NCBI GenBank assembly: GCA_026389715.1
Contig: JAPLHK010000029.1
Location: forward strand, 1 to 40,958
Reading direction: 5' to 3'
From: Chloroflexota bacterium
Lineage (GTDB): Bacteria; Chloroflexota; Dehalococcoidia; GIF9; UBA5629
DNA: 40,958 nucleotides
Below the pieces are notes generated by a model. It had not been told where the DNA came from, ran no database searches, and worked only from the letters and a program-made list of their open reading frames with translations. Positions within the stretch are counted from its first letter, which is position 1. The number at the start of each line of letters is the position of its first letter. Below are positions 8,794 through 18,271 of this stretch, piece after piece. The position numbers were made by a program, and so were the translations under genes.

Positions 8794-10167
8794 ATGTTAG
8801 ATACTACTAAGTTCGATTCTTCCGAGCGCTGTAATCTCTGCGGTACCTGCCTTTCTTCCTGCCCCGTACTCAACTTAGAACAGGATAGGGCGGTAGCAGA
8901 AAAGCAGCGACTGAACAACGGACAGTCAAGCATGGTGCTGGAGAAGTGCACCACCTGCCTTTCCTGTGATTCATATTGTCCCAATGGCTTCGATCCCTAT
9001 GAGCTGATACTACTGCGCTGGAACGAGCGGTACCAAGAAAAAGGGCTCCCGGCGCTGGCGCATATGGTAATGCCCGGAGACCCGGCCTCCATCTGGAGCC
9101 ACCTCTATCCCCTGATGCCGCCGGATGAGCAGGAGCTAATTAAAAACTGGCGCATAAGGAGCGGGAAGTCCGGCAAGGATATACTGCTGACCGGATGCTT
9201 CAGCGCTTTTTCACCCTATCTCACTATGACGCCTTTGCTGGCCGGCCTAACGCCCTACGGAGACGAGCGCAACTGGTGCAGTGGCGGGCACATCTACCAG
9301 CTCGGGCTGCTCGATGTGGTTGACCAGGTTGGATCAAGATTGCAGGACGTTTTCAATGATCTAAGGCCCAAAAGAGTGGTGACCATGATGGCCGCTGAAT
9401 ATGCCATGCTGGGCAAGATCCTGCCGCAGAGGTTTAATACCAGCTTTGACTTCGAGGTCGTGCCACTGGAGCATTACCTCCTGGATATGCTGCACAACGG
9501 CCAATTGAAGTTAAGCTGCCAGGTTAATAAACGCGTAGCAATACATGATAATTGCTTCTCCAAGGCTGCCGGCGATGCCGTCTGGTCGCCCGTGAGGGAG
9601 CTTGTGCAGGCGTGCGGGGTAAAAATAATAGAGATGCAGCATAACAAGGGCGACGCGCTATGCTGCGGTTTCGGCGCCGCGGCGGGACGCTTCGACCTCT
9701 TTGATCTCATAGCGCAGGGCAAAAAACGGCTCGCAGAAGCCGAGGCTACAGGCGCTGACTGCCTGGTGGTTTACTGCGCTGCCTGCTACTTCATCTTCTC
9801 CGTGGTCAGGGAGCTTGTCGGCAGCAAATTGGAGATCTACCATATCCTGGAACTGCTGGACATGGCCGGAGGCAGGCAGCCGCCGCACCGGACGCGCCGG
9901 CGCGCCTTCAATATCATCGCCATCATGTCCGCCAACATCACACGCATGCTTTTGCAAAGTAAAGCCCGGCAACGATTCAAGATCGACCTGGCGTCTATCC
10001 AGGGCGCTCCCGCGCTGGTAGATTTAGATTTCAAGGCTGACCGCCTGTGCGCATTTTACAACGCCTTCTTGAATAACCCGGCAATACAGAATCCTTTTTC
10101 GCTTTCCATATTGACAACGTTGGTGCGGCTGGCGCTGGCCGGCCGGAGGAGTTTTAACCATGGCTGA
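8794..10167 (+). CDS. HdrD/GlpC-like iron-sulfur protein (2x[4Fe-4S] motifs plus CCG domains), paralog 1
   Basis: CNLCGTCLSSCP and CTTCLSCDSYCP ferredoxin motifs, plus CCG-domain motifs HDNCFSKAAG and ALCCGFGAAAG. ATG is at 8794; the track ORF starts at TTG 8770. Confidence 0.75.
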   Translation: MLDTTKFDSSERCNLCGTCLSSCPVLNLEQDRAVAEKQRLNNGQSSMVLEKCTTCLSCDSYCPNGFDPYELILLRWNERYQEKGLPALAHMVMPGDPASIWSHLYPLMPPDEQELIKNWRIRSGKSGKDILLTGCFSAFSPYLTMTPLLAGLTPYGDERNWCSGGHIYQLGLLDVVDQVGSRLQDVFNDLRPKRVVTMMAAEYAMLGKILPQRFNTSFDFEVVPLEHYLLDMLHNGQLKLSCQVNKRVAIHDNCFSKAAGDAVWSPVRELVQACGVKIIEMQHNKGDALCCGFGAAAGRFDLFDLIAQGKKRLAEAEATGADCLVVYCAACYFIFSVVRELVGSKLEIYHILELLDMAGGRQPPHRTRRRAFNIIAIMSANITRMLLQSKARQRFKIDLASIQGAPALVDLDFKADRLCAFYNAFLNNPAIQNPFSLSILTTLVRLALAGRRSFNHG

Positions 10168-11419
10168 TGTTAAAGAATACAGGTTTCATGATGTGCAGAA
10201 GTGCAAGCTCTGTGGCGACTGCCTCTCGAAGTGCCCTGAGATGTCATTGCCGTTGGAGACCGCCCGCAGGGAGAAGGAGAAAATCAACAGGGGCGAGATG
10301 AGCGACAGTGTTTCCCTATCGTGCACCGCGTGCTTTGACTGCGACGATTTCTGCCCCAATGATGCGGCGCCCTGCGAGACCATCATGGACTATTGGCAGC
10401 GCGAGTACCATACGCGCGGATTGCTGGAAAGGGCGCGCTACTTCCTGCCCATGCAGAAGCTCAATTTCCGCAGCTATATATTAGAGAGACTGCCCGCCGA
10501 CGAGAAGGAAATGGTGGCAAAATGGGACGATAAGTCCCCCTGCTCGGAGTTTATTTACCCGGGTTGCAATGTTACCACGGTGCCTTACCTGACGAAAACC
10601 TCACTGTTGCCGCCCATACCGATAAGGGGTGGCCTGGATTGGTGCTGCAGCGAAACTTTTTTCCGCATGGGCTACTACGATCTTGCCGCGGTACAGGGCA
10701 AAAAGATGCAAGCCAGGTTTGCCGAAATGGGTGCACGTGAGATATTAATGATGTGCACTGCAGGCACGTTCTGCTTCACCAAAATGCTGCCGGAAAGGCT
10801 GGGCATTAAGTTCGATGCCAAATTCAAACCCCTGGTACGATACCTCTGGGAGCAACTGGAAAGCGGCCAGATCAAGGTGGTCAACAAGCTTAAACTGCGC
10901 GCCACGGTACAGGATTCCTGCTATTCCAAGTTCCTCGAGCCTGAATATCTCATGTTGCCGCGCAAAATCCTGGAGCATATAGGAGTGGAGGTAGTTGAAA
11001 TGCCGCGCAGCAAGGAGCGCATGGTCTGTTGCGGCATCGGCGCGGGTTTCAGCATGAGAAGTAACTACAATACTGCTCGCATTACACTCTCCACGCTGAA
11101 GAGGATACATGAGGCCAGGAGAACCGGCGCCGACTTGCTGTGTGTTTACTGCGCCGGTTGCATGCAGATGCTCGGCTCGGGCAGCCTTTTCTATCCCAAC
11201 GCTCCCCAAATCTACCACCTGCTTGAGCTGGTGCAAATGGCTGCCGGCGAGCAGCCCCTGCGGCGTATCGGCAGCCGTGTCAAGACCATGCTGAAATGGA
11301 TTATTAATTTCCGGCTTAGATGTGGCCGTCTCAAACGCGTCCGAAAGGCCGCGCCTTCCCTGCGGGCAAAATGCTGCCGAATACCAGTATTAGTAATTCA
11401 ATACGGCTTTAGCTTCTAA
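10160..11419 (+). CDS. HdrD/GlpC-like iron-sulfur protein, paralog 2
   Basis: CKLCGDCLSKCP and CTACFDCDDFCP motifs, plus QDSCYSKF and MVCCGIGAGFS. Its ATG overlaps the stop of paralog 1 (ATGGCTGA). It is collinear with paralog 1 along the whole length. Confidence 0.75.
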   Translation: MADVKEYRFHDVQKCKLCGDCLSKCPEMSLPLETARREKEKINRGEMSDSVSLSCTACFDCDDFCPNDAAPCETIMDYWQREYHTRGLLERARYFLPMQKLNFRSYILERLPADEKEMVAKWDDKSPCSEFIYPGCNVTTVPYLTKTSLLPPIPIRGGLDWCCSETFFRMGYYDLAAVQGKKMQARFAEMGAREILMMCTAGTFCFTKMLPERLGIKFDAKFKPLVRYLWEQLESGQIKVVNKLKLRATVQDSCYSKFLEPEYLMLPRKILEHIGVEVVEMPRSKERMVCCGIGAGFSMRSNYNTARITLSTLKRIHEARRTGADLLCVYCAGCMQMLGSGSLFYPNAPQIYHLLELVQMAAGEQPLRRIGSRVKTMLKWIINFRLRCGRLKRVRKAAPSLRAKCCRIPVLVIQYGFSF

Positions 11420-11752
11420 AACTTCCTGGACCACTTTCCCGGCCTTAACTAACTGCGCCTTTTCAATCAGCAAATCAGGGGTAATCTTCCGGGATTCGAT
11501 ACACGGAATGCATACGAAAATCTGGCCGCCGAACTCGAGGAAGCTGTCAACCAGCTTCTTGACTGAATCAAAACCCGATGCGTAGATGTGATCGTAGCAC
11601 CCTTTTTTAGCCAGCATAACGCCCATTGATTGCAGTATTACAGTTACTTGAACATCCATTGCCAACACGGCATTGCCAACAACAAAGGGCAATGTGGCCA
11701 TCTCCGGGTCTTCGCCTCCATGAGTTGCGAAAATTACAATTTTCTCTGCCAT
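11390..11752 (-). CDS. DsrE/DsrF-like sulfur-relay family protein
   Basis: 120 aa. Has the N-terminal KIVIFATHGGEDPE...PFVVGNAVLAMD pattern and a Cys pair in VCIPC. It is the last gene of the hdr operon. Confidence 0.7.
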   Translation of the reverse strand: MAEKIVIFATHGGEDPEMATLPFVVGNAVLAMDVQVTVILQSMGVMLAKKGCYDHIYASGFDSVKKLVDSFLEFGGQIFVCIPCIESRKITPDLLIEKAQLVKAGKVVQEVLEAKAVLNY

Positions 11753-11848
11753 AGTCTTCTTGTCTCAACCTCCTTAATGTTTTATTTCTTAACCGTAATT
11801 GTGAAGCTGGTTTTATGGACCCCTGCTATTCCGCACTTGCCCTCATTA

Positions 11849-12814
11849 TTAGTCTATCACACAGTAACCGTTAACCAGATGTTCAGATATGTCTTTGATT
11901 TCAATTGTATCATTTGCCGCACGTCTCAAATTGGCCATGCAGATTGGACACATTGTCACAATGCTGTTGCCACATCCGGCTAACTGGGCCACGCGTTTCT
12001 GAGCGACTTCATGGGCCTTGCCGGGGAATAATGATTCCAGAGGTCCGCCGCAACACTGCGTTAACTTTCCGGATAACTCCGGCAGATGAATTGTTGACCC
12101 GGCAGTTTTCAGCAAACGGCGCGGTTCATCCACTATATTTTCGTGCCTTGCATAAACACAAGAATCGTGGATAACAAGTTCCAAAGGAAGCTGCTTTGCA
12201 CATTTCAGGTCTTTTTCTGCAAGTACTTCCAGGTAGCTCCTGGTAATAAGATCATAGCCATCTATAATTTTCGGGTATACGCTCTTCAACATATTGGTGG
12301 TGTGCGGATCCACGGTGATTACCTGTTTCACACCGTTTTCTTTGAATACCCTGTATACTCTCCTGGCATGCTCCGCAAATACCTGATCAAGTCCCTCATC
12401 ATAAACCAATGCTCCTGAGTACAACTCTTTACCATGCAGATAACCGAAATCTACTCCCGCCATTTTCAGTAGGGCTGCGATGTTGCGTAGTATGCCATTG
12501 TACCTCGCCTGTTCCTTTCCATTGCCCCCGGACATAAACCAGGAAATGTTGACAATCCTGTTCAATATACGGCCTACGCCGAAAAACCTGGTTATACTTG
12601 AATTTTCGAATTTGGCCATCAATTGGGACATGGAATCTATTGCCGGCATTAGCTGGTACATCTGGCCTGTATACAAGACAGTTTCACCTCCAAAGGGTAT
12701 ATCCAAGCCCTTTGCCCAGGCGTCAACTTTTCCCGGACTAAGCGGGACCACATACCTTCTAATTCTCAGGTTGTCTGAGAATACCCCTAAAACATCATGT
12801 ATCGGCAGCGGCAT
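11849..12814 (-). CDS. hdrB: Heterodisulfide reductase subunit B-like (two CCG domains)
   Basis: Motifs HDSCVYARH, LTQCCGGP and MCPICMANL. Begins 3 nt after the hdrC stop. Confidence 0.85.
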   Translation of the reverse strand: MPLPIHDVLGVFSDNLRIRRYVVPLSPGKVDAWAKGLDIPFGGETVLYTGQMYQLMPAIDSMSQLMAKFENSSITRFFGVGRILNRIVNISWFMSGGNGKEQARYNGILRNIAALLKMAGVDFGYLHGKELYSGALVYDEGLDQVFAEHARRVYRVFKENGVKQVITVDPHTTNMLKSVYPKIIDGYDLITRSYLEVLAEKDLKCAKQLPLELVIHDSCVYARHENIVDEPRRLLKTAGSTIHLPELSGKLTQCCGGPLESLFPGKAHEVAQKRVAQLAGCGNSIVTMCPICMANLRRAANDTIEIKDISEHLVNGYCVID

Positions 12815-12817
12815 GAT

Positions 12818-13129
12818 CTATCCTCTTGCAAGCCCAAAAACATCGCGGTTGATATAGCTGCGCAAAGACCTGATATTTTCTGCGATGGGAACATCGGCCG
12901 GACAGTTGTCTTCGCACATTTTGCACAAAAGGCATGAGAATATATTAGTGGTATTTTCCAATACCCTATCCCGTGCTCCAATCAACACATAGCGGAAAAG
13001 AGTCCTTGGGTGCAGGTCGATACCCAGCGGACAAAGCGCCGTGCAGGAACCACAGTTAATACAAGCGGAGGCATTAAATTCGGTGCCGGCCTTCATTCGT
13101 TCAGCAAATTTTGCGTTTGCTTTCAACAT
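12818..13129 (-). CDS. hdrC: Heterodisulfide reductase subunit C-like (2x[4Fe-4S] ferredoxin)
   Basis: CINCGSCTALCP and CLLCKMCEDNCP in a 103-aa protein, positioned immediately upstream of hdrB. Confidence 0.8.
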   Translation of the reverse strand: MLKANAKFAERMKAGTEFNASACINCGSCTALCPLGIDLHPRTLFRYVLIGARDRVLENTTNIFSCLLCKMCEDNCPADVPIAENIRSLRSYINRDVFGLARG

Positions 13130-13165
13130 TATTTTTCCTGATCCCGTAGTTTATACTTATAATAG

Positions 13166-13375
13166 TCATCTGCCCTCCTTGGGCATCTCGATAATCAACC
13201 CGTATCTCCTCATGCCCATCACCCATCTAAGCACTTCATCAGGCGGGTAACCAAGTTCACCGGCAATCTCGGTTATCGTCTTTGGGCCTTCGGCCAGTAT
13301 CTTTATGATCTGACCACGCATATACATCTCGTCGCGAAGCACTTCGCCCAGGTTGCGGGAAACCTTCTTTTCCAT
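13166..13375 (-). CDS. Small (69 aa) winged-helix-like protein of unknown function
   Basis: The segment IIKILAEGPKTITEIAGELGYPPDEVLRWVMGMRRYGLI looks like an HTH plus wing. Its ATG shares one nucleotide with the hdrA stop (TGATG), which argues that it is translated. Confidence 0.55.
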   Translation of the reverse strand: MEKKVSRNLGEVLRDEMYMRGQIIKILAEGPKTITEIAGELGYPPDEVLRWVMGMRRYGLIIEMPKEGR

Positions 13376-15108
13376 CAGGCAACCTCCATAGCCAGAGCGT
13401 CAATCATGGCCTCTACCTGGCTATTTGTGTACCCTTCGACTCCGATGGCCTGCTGGGGACAAACGGGCACGCAGCCGCCCTCGCCTTTGCATAGAACAGG
13501 GTTGATCATAGCGATTTCTTTGCCGTCGCAAGTAATGCGCTGTACTGCGCCGTATGGACATGTTTGCTCGCAAGCGCCACACCATGTGCATAGATCTGGG
13601 TCGACTTTGGCCACGAGCGGCTCCAAATCAATATATCCTTTAAGCAGCAGGGCAGCCACTTTAGCAGACGCAGCCATGGAACTGGCCACGCTCTCAGAAA
13701 GTGTCTTGGGGCCCTGCGCTGCCCCGGCTATAAATAGCCCGTCTATTACGGTCTCGACCGGCTTCAGCTTGGGATGGATTTCATTAAAGAAACCATCCTT
13801 GCCTATGGGCAATTTGAGAACGTTTACCAGGGGGGCATTGGCCCTCGGGACCATGCCGGTAACGAGTACCACGAGGTCAGTTTTTATTTCGATTTCCTCT
13901 CCACCTGTGAGACGGTCTTTCACCTTCACTTTCAACCTGCCGTCTTCAGAAGTTACCTGCGGCGGTTCGTTCTCTTCGTAGCGCAGGAATATCGAACCCT
14001 GCTTTAAGGCCTGATCATAAAGCATCTCATATTTGCCATAGGTGCGCATATCCCGGAAAAGGTGAAACTGATGCACACCGGGGTTCAAATCACCGGTACA
14101 CACGGCCGCATGCACAGCGCCGGTGCAGCAATAGCGGGAGCAATACAGGTGGGGATTATCCTCTTTGCAGTGTTCCCTCGATCCAACACAATATATATAA
14201 GCAACTGTTTTGATATCCCGGCCCTTGTATTTGAAGGAGCCGGAGGATTGGGCAAGCAATTCTTCGTATTCCGGCAGTGTTATCACTCCATCCAGCCGGA
14301 AACCAAATTCACCATCTTTTGGGATATAGGGTTCAAAACCCGTGGCCACTATTATGCCACCGACAGTCAGCGAAATAGTCTCTTTGCTATTGACACTTAT
14401 TTTGACCGAGAACTTACCAACATTGCCGCTTTTTTCGATTATGTTGGCATCGGTAAACAGGTTGATGTTTTCCCGCTCACGGACTTTCTTAATCAATGAA
14501 TCAATTATCTCTGAGCCTTTCTTACCGTTGGGGAACATCTTCCCCCATTTACTTATCATTCCACCCGGCTGTCCCGCCCGTTCAATCATATGCACGGATA
14601 TGCCCATATCAGATAGGGCCAGAGCCGCACGCAATCCAGCAACCCCGGCGCCTATAACTAGCGCAGCAGGCGTAGTTTCGACGCGCAGCCGTTTGAGGGG
14701 CATTGACAATCCAGTGCGAGCAATGCCCGCCCGTACCAGTTTGATTGCTTTGTCCGTCGCTGCATCCTTTGAATGAGTGTGGGCCCATGAACACTGCTCG
14801 CGGATGTTTACCTGGGTATATTGATAGGGATTAAGACCCGCACGCTCAGCCATCGCTCTAAATGTATTCAAGTGAAGTTTGGGCGAACACGAAGCTATGA
14901 CGATCCCGTCCAATTTCTTTTCCTGAATTTCTGCGATCATGTCCTGCTGGGTCGCGTCGGAACACGTAAATATGTTGGTCTTGACCGTGACTACAGAAGG
15001 ATCACCCTCGACTACATCTGCTACCCGTTCCACATTCACATAATCGGAAATATTGCCGCCGCAGTGGCAAATGTATACGCCCAGTTTCCTCCCTGGCATT
15101 TCCATCAT
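13375..15108 (-). CDS. hdrA: Heterodisulfide reductase subunit A-like FAD/Fe-S flavoprotein
   Basis: N-terminal YICHCGGNISDYV, FAD fold VIGAGVAGLRAALAL, and HdrA-typical CSRYCC plus C-terminal ferredoxin motifs CTWCGACEQTCP / CKGEGGCVPVCP. ATGA overlap with the upstream gene. Confidence 0.9.
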   Translation of the reverse strand: MMEMPGRKLGVYICHCGGNISDYVNVERVADVVEGDPSVVTVKTNIFTCSDATQQDMIAEIQEKKLDGIVIASCSPKLHLNTFRAMAERAGLNPYQYTQVNIREQCSWAHTHSKDAATDKAIKLVRAGIARTGLSMPLKRLRVETTPAALVIGAGVAGLRAALALSDMGISVHMIERAGQPGGMISKWGKMFPNGKKGSEIIDSLIKKVRERENINLFTDANIIEKSGNVGKFSVKISVNSKETISLTVGGIIVATGFEPYIPKDGEFGFRLDGVITLPEYEELLAQSSGSFKYKGRDIKTVAYIYCVGSREHCKEDNPHLYCSRYCCTGAVHAAVCTGDLNPGVHQFHLFRDMRTYGKYEMLYDQALKQGSIFLRYEENEPPQVTSEDGRLKVKVKDRLTGGEEIEIKTDLVVLVTGMVPRANAPLVNVLKLPIGKDGFFNEIHPKLKPVETVIDGLFIAGAAQGPKTLSESVASSMAASAKVAALLLKGYIDLEPLVAKVDPDLCTWCGACEQTCPYGAVQRITCDGKEIAMINPVLCKGEGGCVPVCPQQAIGVEGYTNSQVEAMIDALAMEVA

Positions 15109-17834
15109 GACGCTTTCCCCGTTTTCTTTAAATAGGCGGCTACCTGCGCTGCAGCGGCATCGGAATGCAGAATAGAATCGGGTATGTCGCGCGCCCCGGC
15201 CGCCGTTCCGGCAACGAAGACGCCGTCAATACTGGTTTTGCCCGGCTCAAGGTCCTCATCTACCTCATCTATATACGAGAATGGATCTGCCTTGAGAGAC
15301 CCGTCCTTGAAGAGGCACAGGGCGCCCTGCGTGGGAAGCACCCCGACTGACAGTACGACAAGATCGTGCTCGGCCCGCCTGGTGCCTCCATTACCTTCGA
15401 TGTCCTCGTAAAATACTCCCAGGTTCTGGTCAGTTGTTTCTTCTATTCTGGCCACCTTGCCTTTGACGAAATAGACCCCCATACCTTTCGCTTGTTCATA
15501 AAACTCGTCGTAACCCTTGCCGAAAGCGCGGATATCGATGTAGTAAATGGTGATGTCTGCGAGGGGCAGGGCGCCCATCAGCAACTGCGCCTGTTTAAGG
15601 GAATACATGCAACATACACGCGAACATATGCGGTTGTTAACCTTTTGGTCCCTGGAGCCGGTGCACAGTACAAAGGCTATATTGCTGGGTGCTTTTCCAT
15701 CCGAGGGACGGATAACCGCATTATACGGCCGGGTAGGGGCCAGGATACGGTCCATCTGCATGGCATTGATAACATTGGGGAACCTCCCACATCCCAATGC
15801 CGGTTTATTGGCGGCATTGAAGATATCGAACCCCGTTGACAGCATTACCGAACCAACCGTTAGGTCCTCTAGTTCTGTGCGCATATCAAAGGATATGGCA
15901 TCGGCAGGGCATGCAGCCACACATTGCCGGCATTGTGAACAGCCACCGCAGTCCAGACAACGGTTGGCACTATAAAGCGCTTCGTTCTCTGTCATAGTGC
16001 TTTCATATTCGCCGAACGAGCGTGCCCACTCGTTAATGGGCTTAAGCTTCAGGGATACAGGTTTTCTATCAGAAATGTCCCCGGGTGTTCGGCTAAGGAC
16101 AGCCTCCCTGTCGACCATGGGCAATCTTTCATCGAAATGGCATGAATTCATCGGCATACCCTGGAGGTAATGGTCTATATAATAGGCGGCCCTTTTGCCC
16201 TGGCTGATGGCCTTTACAATCATTGAGGGCCCGGTCAGGGCGTCTCCCCCCGCAAAAATCCAGGGTTCCGCAGTCTGCAAAGTTTCTTTATCGGCATTAA
16301 TAGTCCCATTGCGGTTGAGCTCAACCTCAGACGAGAATGGAGAAGTATTAGGAAGAAGGCCGACAGCCATGATAACAATATCGGCGTCGAAGGACTTCCT
16401 TTTAGATTCGTCGAATGAAGGGTTGAATTTGCCGCTGGTGTCGAAAACAGACGTGCAGCAAACGAACTCAGCTCCGGTGGCCTTTCCGCCAACGTCACTG
16501 ACCGCTTTCGGCCCCCACGAACAATTAATCGCAACTCCCTCGTCGACCGCCTGCTGAATCTCCCATTTATGGGCCGGCATTTCATCGTTGGACTCAAGGC
16601 AGACAAGCTGTACTTCATTAGCGCCCAGGCGCAGGGCGCTGCGGCCACAGTCTATAGCAACGTTGCCGCCGCCTATTACCACGACCTTTTTCCCATTCAC
16701 GTCCGGCCGGTCATCAGAATTGCAGGACTTAAGGAAATCCATGCAATCAACAATCCCCTCCAGATCCTCTCCCGGGATGGATATGCGGCGCCCTCCGGTG
16801 TTACCAACGGCCATAAATACGGCATCAAAGCCGTCCTCCTTCATCTTTTGCGTGCTACTGACCCTGGTGCCGGTAACAATCTTGACACCGAGTGCCGTGA
16901 TGTTCTTGATATCGCGAGCCAATATATCCTTGGGCAGGCGGTATGACGGTATGCCCCAGCGCATGATGCCACCAGGCTCAGATTCAGACTCAAAGACTGT
17001 GACAGAATACCCTGACCGGGCCAGGAAATAGGCGGCGGACAGGCCGGCCGGCCCCGACCCGACAACGGCCACCCTCTTGACATTCAATTTTTCAGGAATC
17101 CCATATTCGGGCTCGGGGTGTTCGATGTAGTAACGGTCAACCATGAAGCGTTTGATTGCCCTGATAGGGAGTGGGCCTTCGAGTTGCCCCCTTGTGCACT
17201 CGTCCTCACACGGGGCATAGCATGCCCTGCTCAGGCATCCGGGAAGTGGGGCATCCTCCAGGTGCAATCGGAATGCTTCATCATATTTTCCTGCTCTTAC
17301 CAGTGCGATGTATCCGTGGGGTTTTACTCCCGCGGGACAGGTAAATGAGCACGGCGACGTGCCCTTCCGGTCGATTACCGCCTTCTTGGGGACAGCCTGG
17401 GGGAAGGCAATATAAGCTGCCCTGCGAGCTATCAGATCTGAATTGAATTCATCAGCAATTGCTACGGTACAGGCTGTCTCGCATTGAGCACAGCCGGTAC
17501 ACTTGACTGGATCAATGAACTTTGGATTTTTGCGCAAGTTGACCAAGAAGGTGCCGTCCAAGTTTTTACTGACAGCATCGATTTCGGAGAAGGTCAACAC
17601 CTTGATGTTGGGATGGTTGGCTGTGGCCGCCATTTTAGGTGTGGAGATGCAACTCGAGCAGTCAAGTGTTGGAAATACCTTACTCAGCAGGATCATTTTC
17701 CCGCCTATGCTGGATTCCTTTTCCACCAGCAAAACCCTGAATCCCATGTCGCCCAACGTCAGGGCGGATTCCATCCCCGCTATGCCAGCCCCAACAATCA
17801 GGGCATCATAATCTACGTTTGAGTTTCTTCCCAT
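15105..17834 (-). CDS. hdrL: Large HdrA-like flavoprotein with an inserted GltD-like NAD(P)H-binding oxidoreductase module (HdrL type)
   Basis: HdrA N-terminus (LIVGAGIAGMESAL, PTLDCSSC). Residues ~160-558 resemble the glutamate synthase small subunit (CYAPCEDECTRG, VAVVGSGPAGLSAAYFLA, VVVIGGGNVAIDCG, IFAGGDA). The HdrA core then resumes (CLDCGGCSQCRQCVAACP, CSRVCCMYSLK). Confidence 0.85.
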   Translation of the reverse strand: MGRNSNVDYDALIVGAGIAGMESALTLGDMGFRVLLVEKESSIGGKMILLSKVFPTLDCSSCISTPKMAATANHPNIKVLTFSEIDAVSKNLDGTFLVNLRKNPKFIDPVKCTGCAQCETACTVAIADEFNSDLIARRAAYIAFPQAVPKKAVIDRKGTSPCSFTCPAGVKPHGYIALVRAGKYDEAFRLHLEDAPLPGCLSRACYAPCEDECTRGQLEGPLPIRAIKRFMVDRYYIEHPEPEYGIPEKLNVKRVAVVGSGPAGLSAAYFLARSGYSVTVFESESEPGGIMRWGIPSYRLPKDILARDIKNITALGVKIVTGTRVSSTQKMKEDGFDAVFMAVGNTGGRRISIPGEDLEGIVDCMDFLKSCNSDDRPDVNGKKVVVIGGGNVAIDCGRSALRLGANEVQLVCLESNDEMPAHKWEIQQAVDEGVAINCSWGPKAVSDVGGKATGAEFVCCTSVFDTSGKFNPSFDESKRKSFDADIVIMAVGLLPNTSPFSSEVELNRNGTINADKETLQTAEPWIFAGGDALTGPSMIVKAISQGKRAAYYIDHYLQGMPMNSCHFDERLPMVDREAVLSRTPGDISDRKPVSLKLKPINEWARSFGEYESTMTENEALYSANRCLDCGGCSQCRQCVAACPADAISFDMRTELEDLTVGSVMLSTGFDIFNAANKPALGCGRFPNVINAMQMDRILAPTRPYNAVIRPSDGKAPSNIAFVLCTGSRDQKVNNRICSRVCCMYSLKQAQLLMGALPLADITIYYIDIRAFGKGYDEFYEQAKGMGVYFVKGKVARIEETTDQNLGVFYEDIEGNGGTRRAEHDLVVLSVGVLPTQGALCLFKDGSLKADPFSYIDEVDEDLEPGKTSIDGVFVAGTAAGARDIPDSILHSDAAAAQVAAYLKKTGKAS

Positions 17835-17857
17835 GAAAGTTCAGTATCTCTCTCAAC

Positions 17858-18271
17858 TCATGTTTTGAGTTCGCTGAGCGCTTTATTGAATTTCTCCATA
17901 TGCGACACAAAAGACTCGGAGCAGACCGAACAGATGCCGGCCATCTTTACACGTCTGGGGTCAAGGCCACGTTCCTTAATCAAGTCCTGCGCTTTCTGCA
18001 TCACGGCGGCTGTGCGGTCGGTGCAGTCAGGCAGGTAGGCGCAGTCTGTTCCGTCAGCAGCGACGAACACTCCATCAAAGCCTGCTTCAAGGGCATGCAA
18101 TAACCATCTCGGGTTAATCCCGCTGGAACAGGGCAGTGATATGACCTGTACCGATGTTGGATAATTCATATGTGAACTACCGGCCAGGTCGATACCAGGA
18201 TCGGAGATATTGTTTGTTGAGAAAACCAATATCTTGGGGCCGCCACCGTTAGAGGAATCTGATGAAGTCAC
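17858..18271 (-). CDS. mvhD: MvhD/FlpD-like hydrogenase iron-sulfur subunit (HdrA-docking [2Fe-2S] protein)
   Basis: Motifs ILVFSTNN...LPCSSGINP..LL.ALEAGFDGVFVAADGTDC and the C-terminal Cys pair CSVCSE. GTG start shares 1 nt with the tusA stop. Confidence 0.8.
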   Translation of the reverse strand: MTSSDSSNGGGPKILVFSTNNISDPGIDLAGSSHMNYPTSVQVISLPCSSGINPRWLLHALEAGFDGVFVAADGTDCAYLPDCTDRTAAVMQKAQDLIKERGLDPRRVKMAGICSVCSESFVSHMEKFNKALSELKT

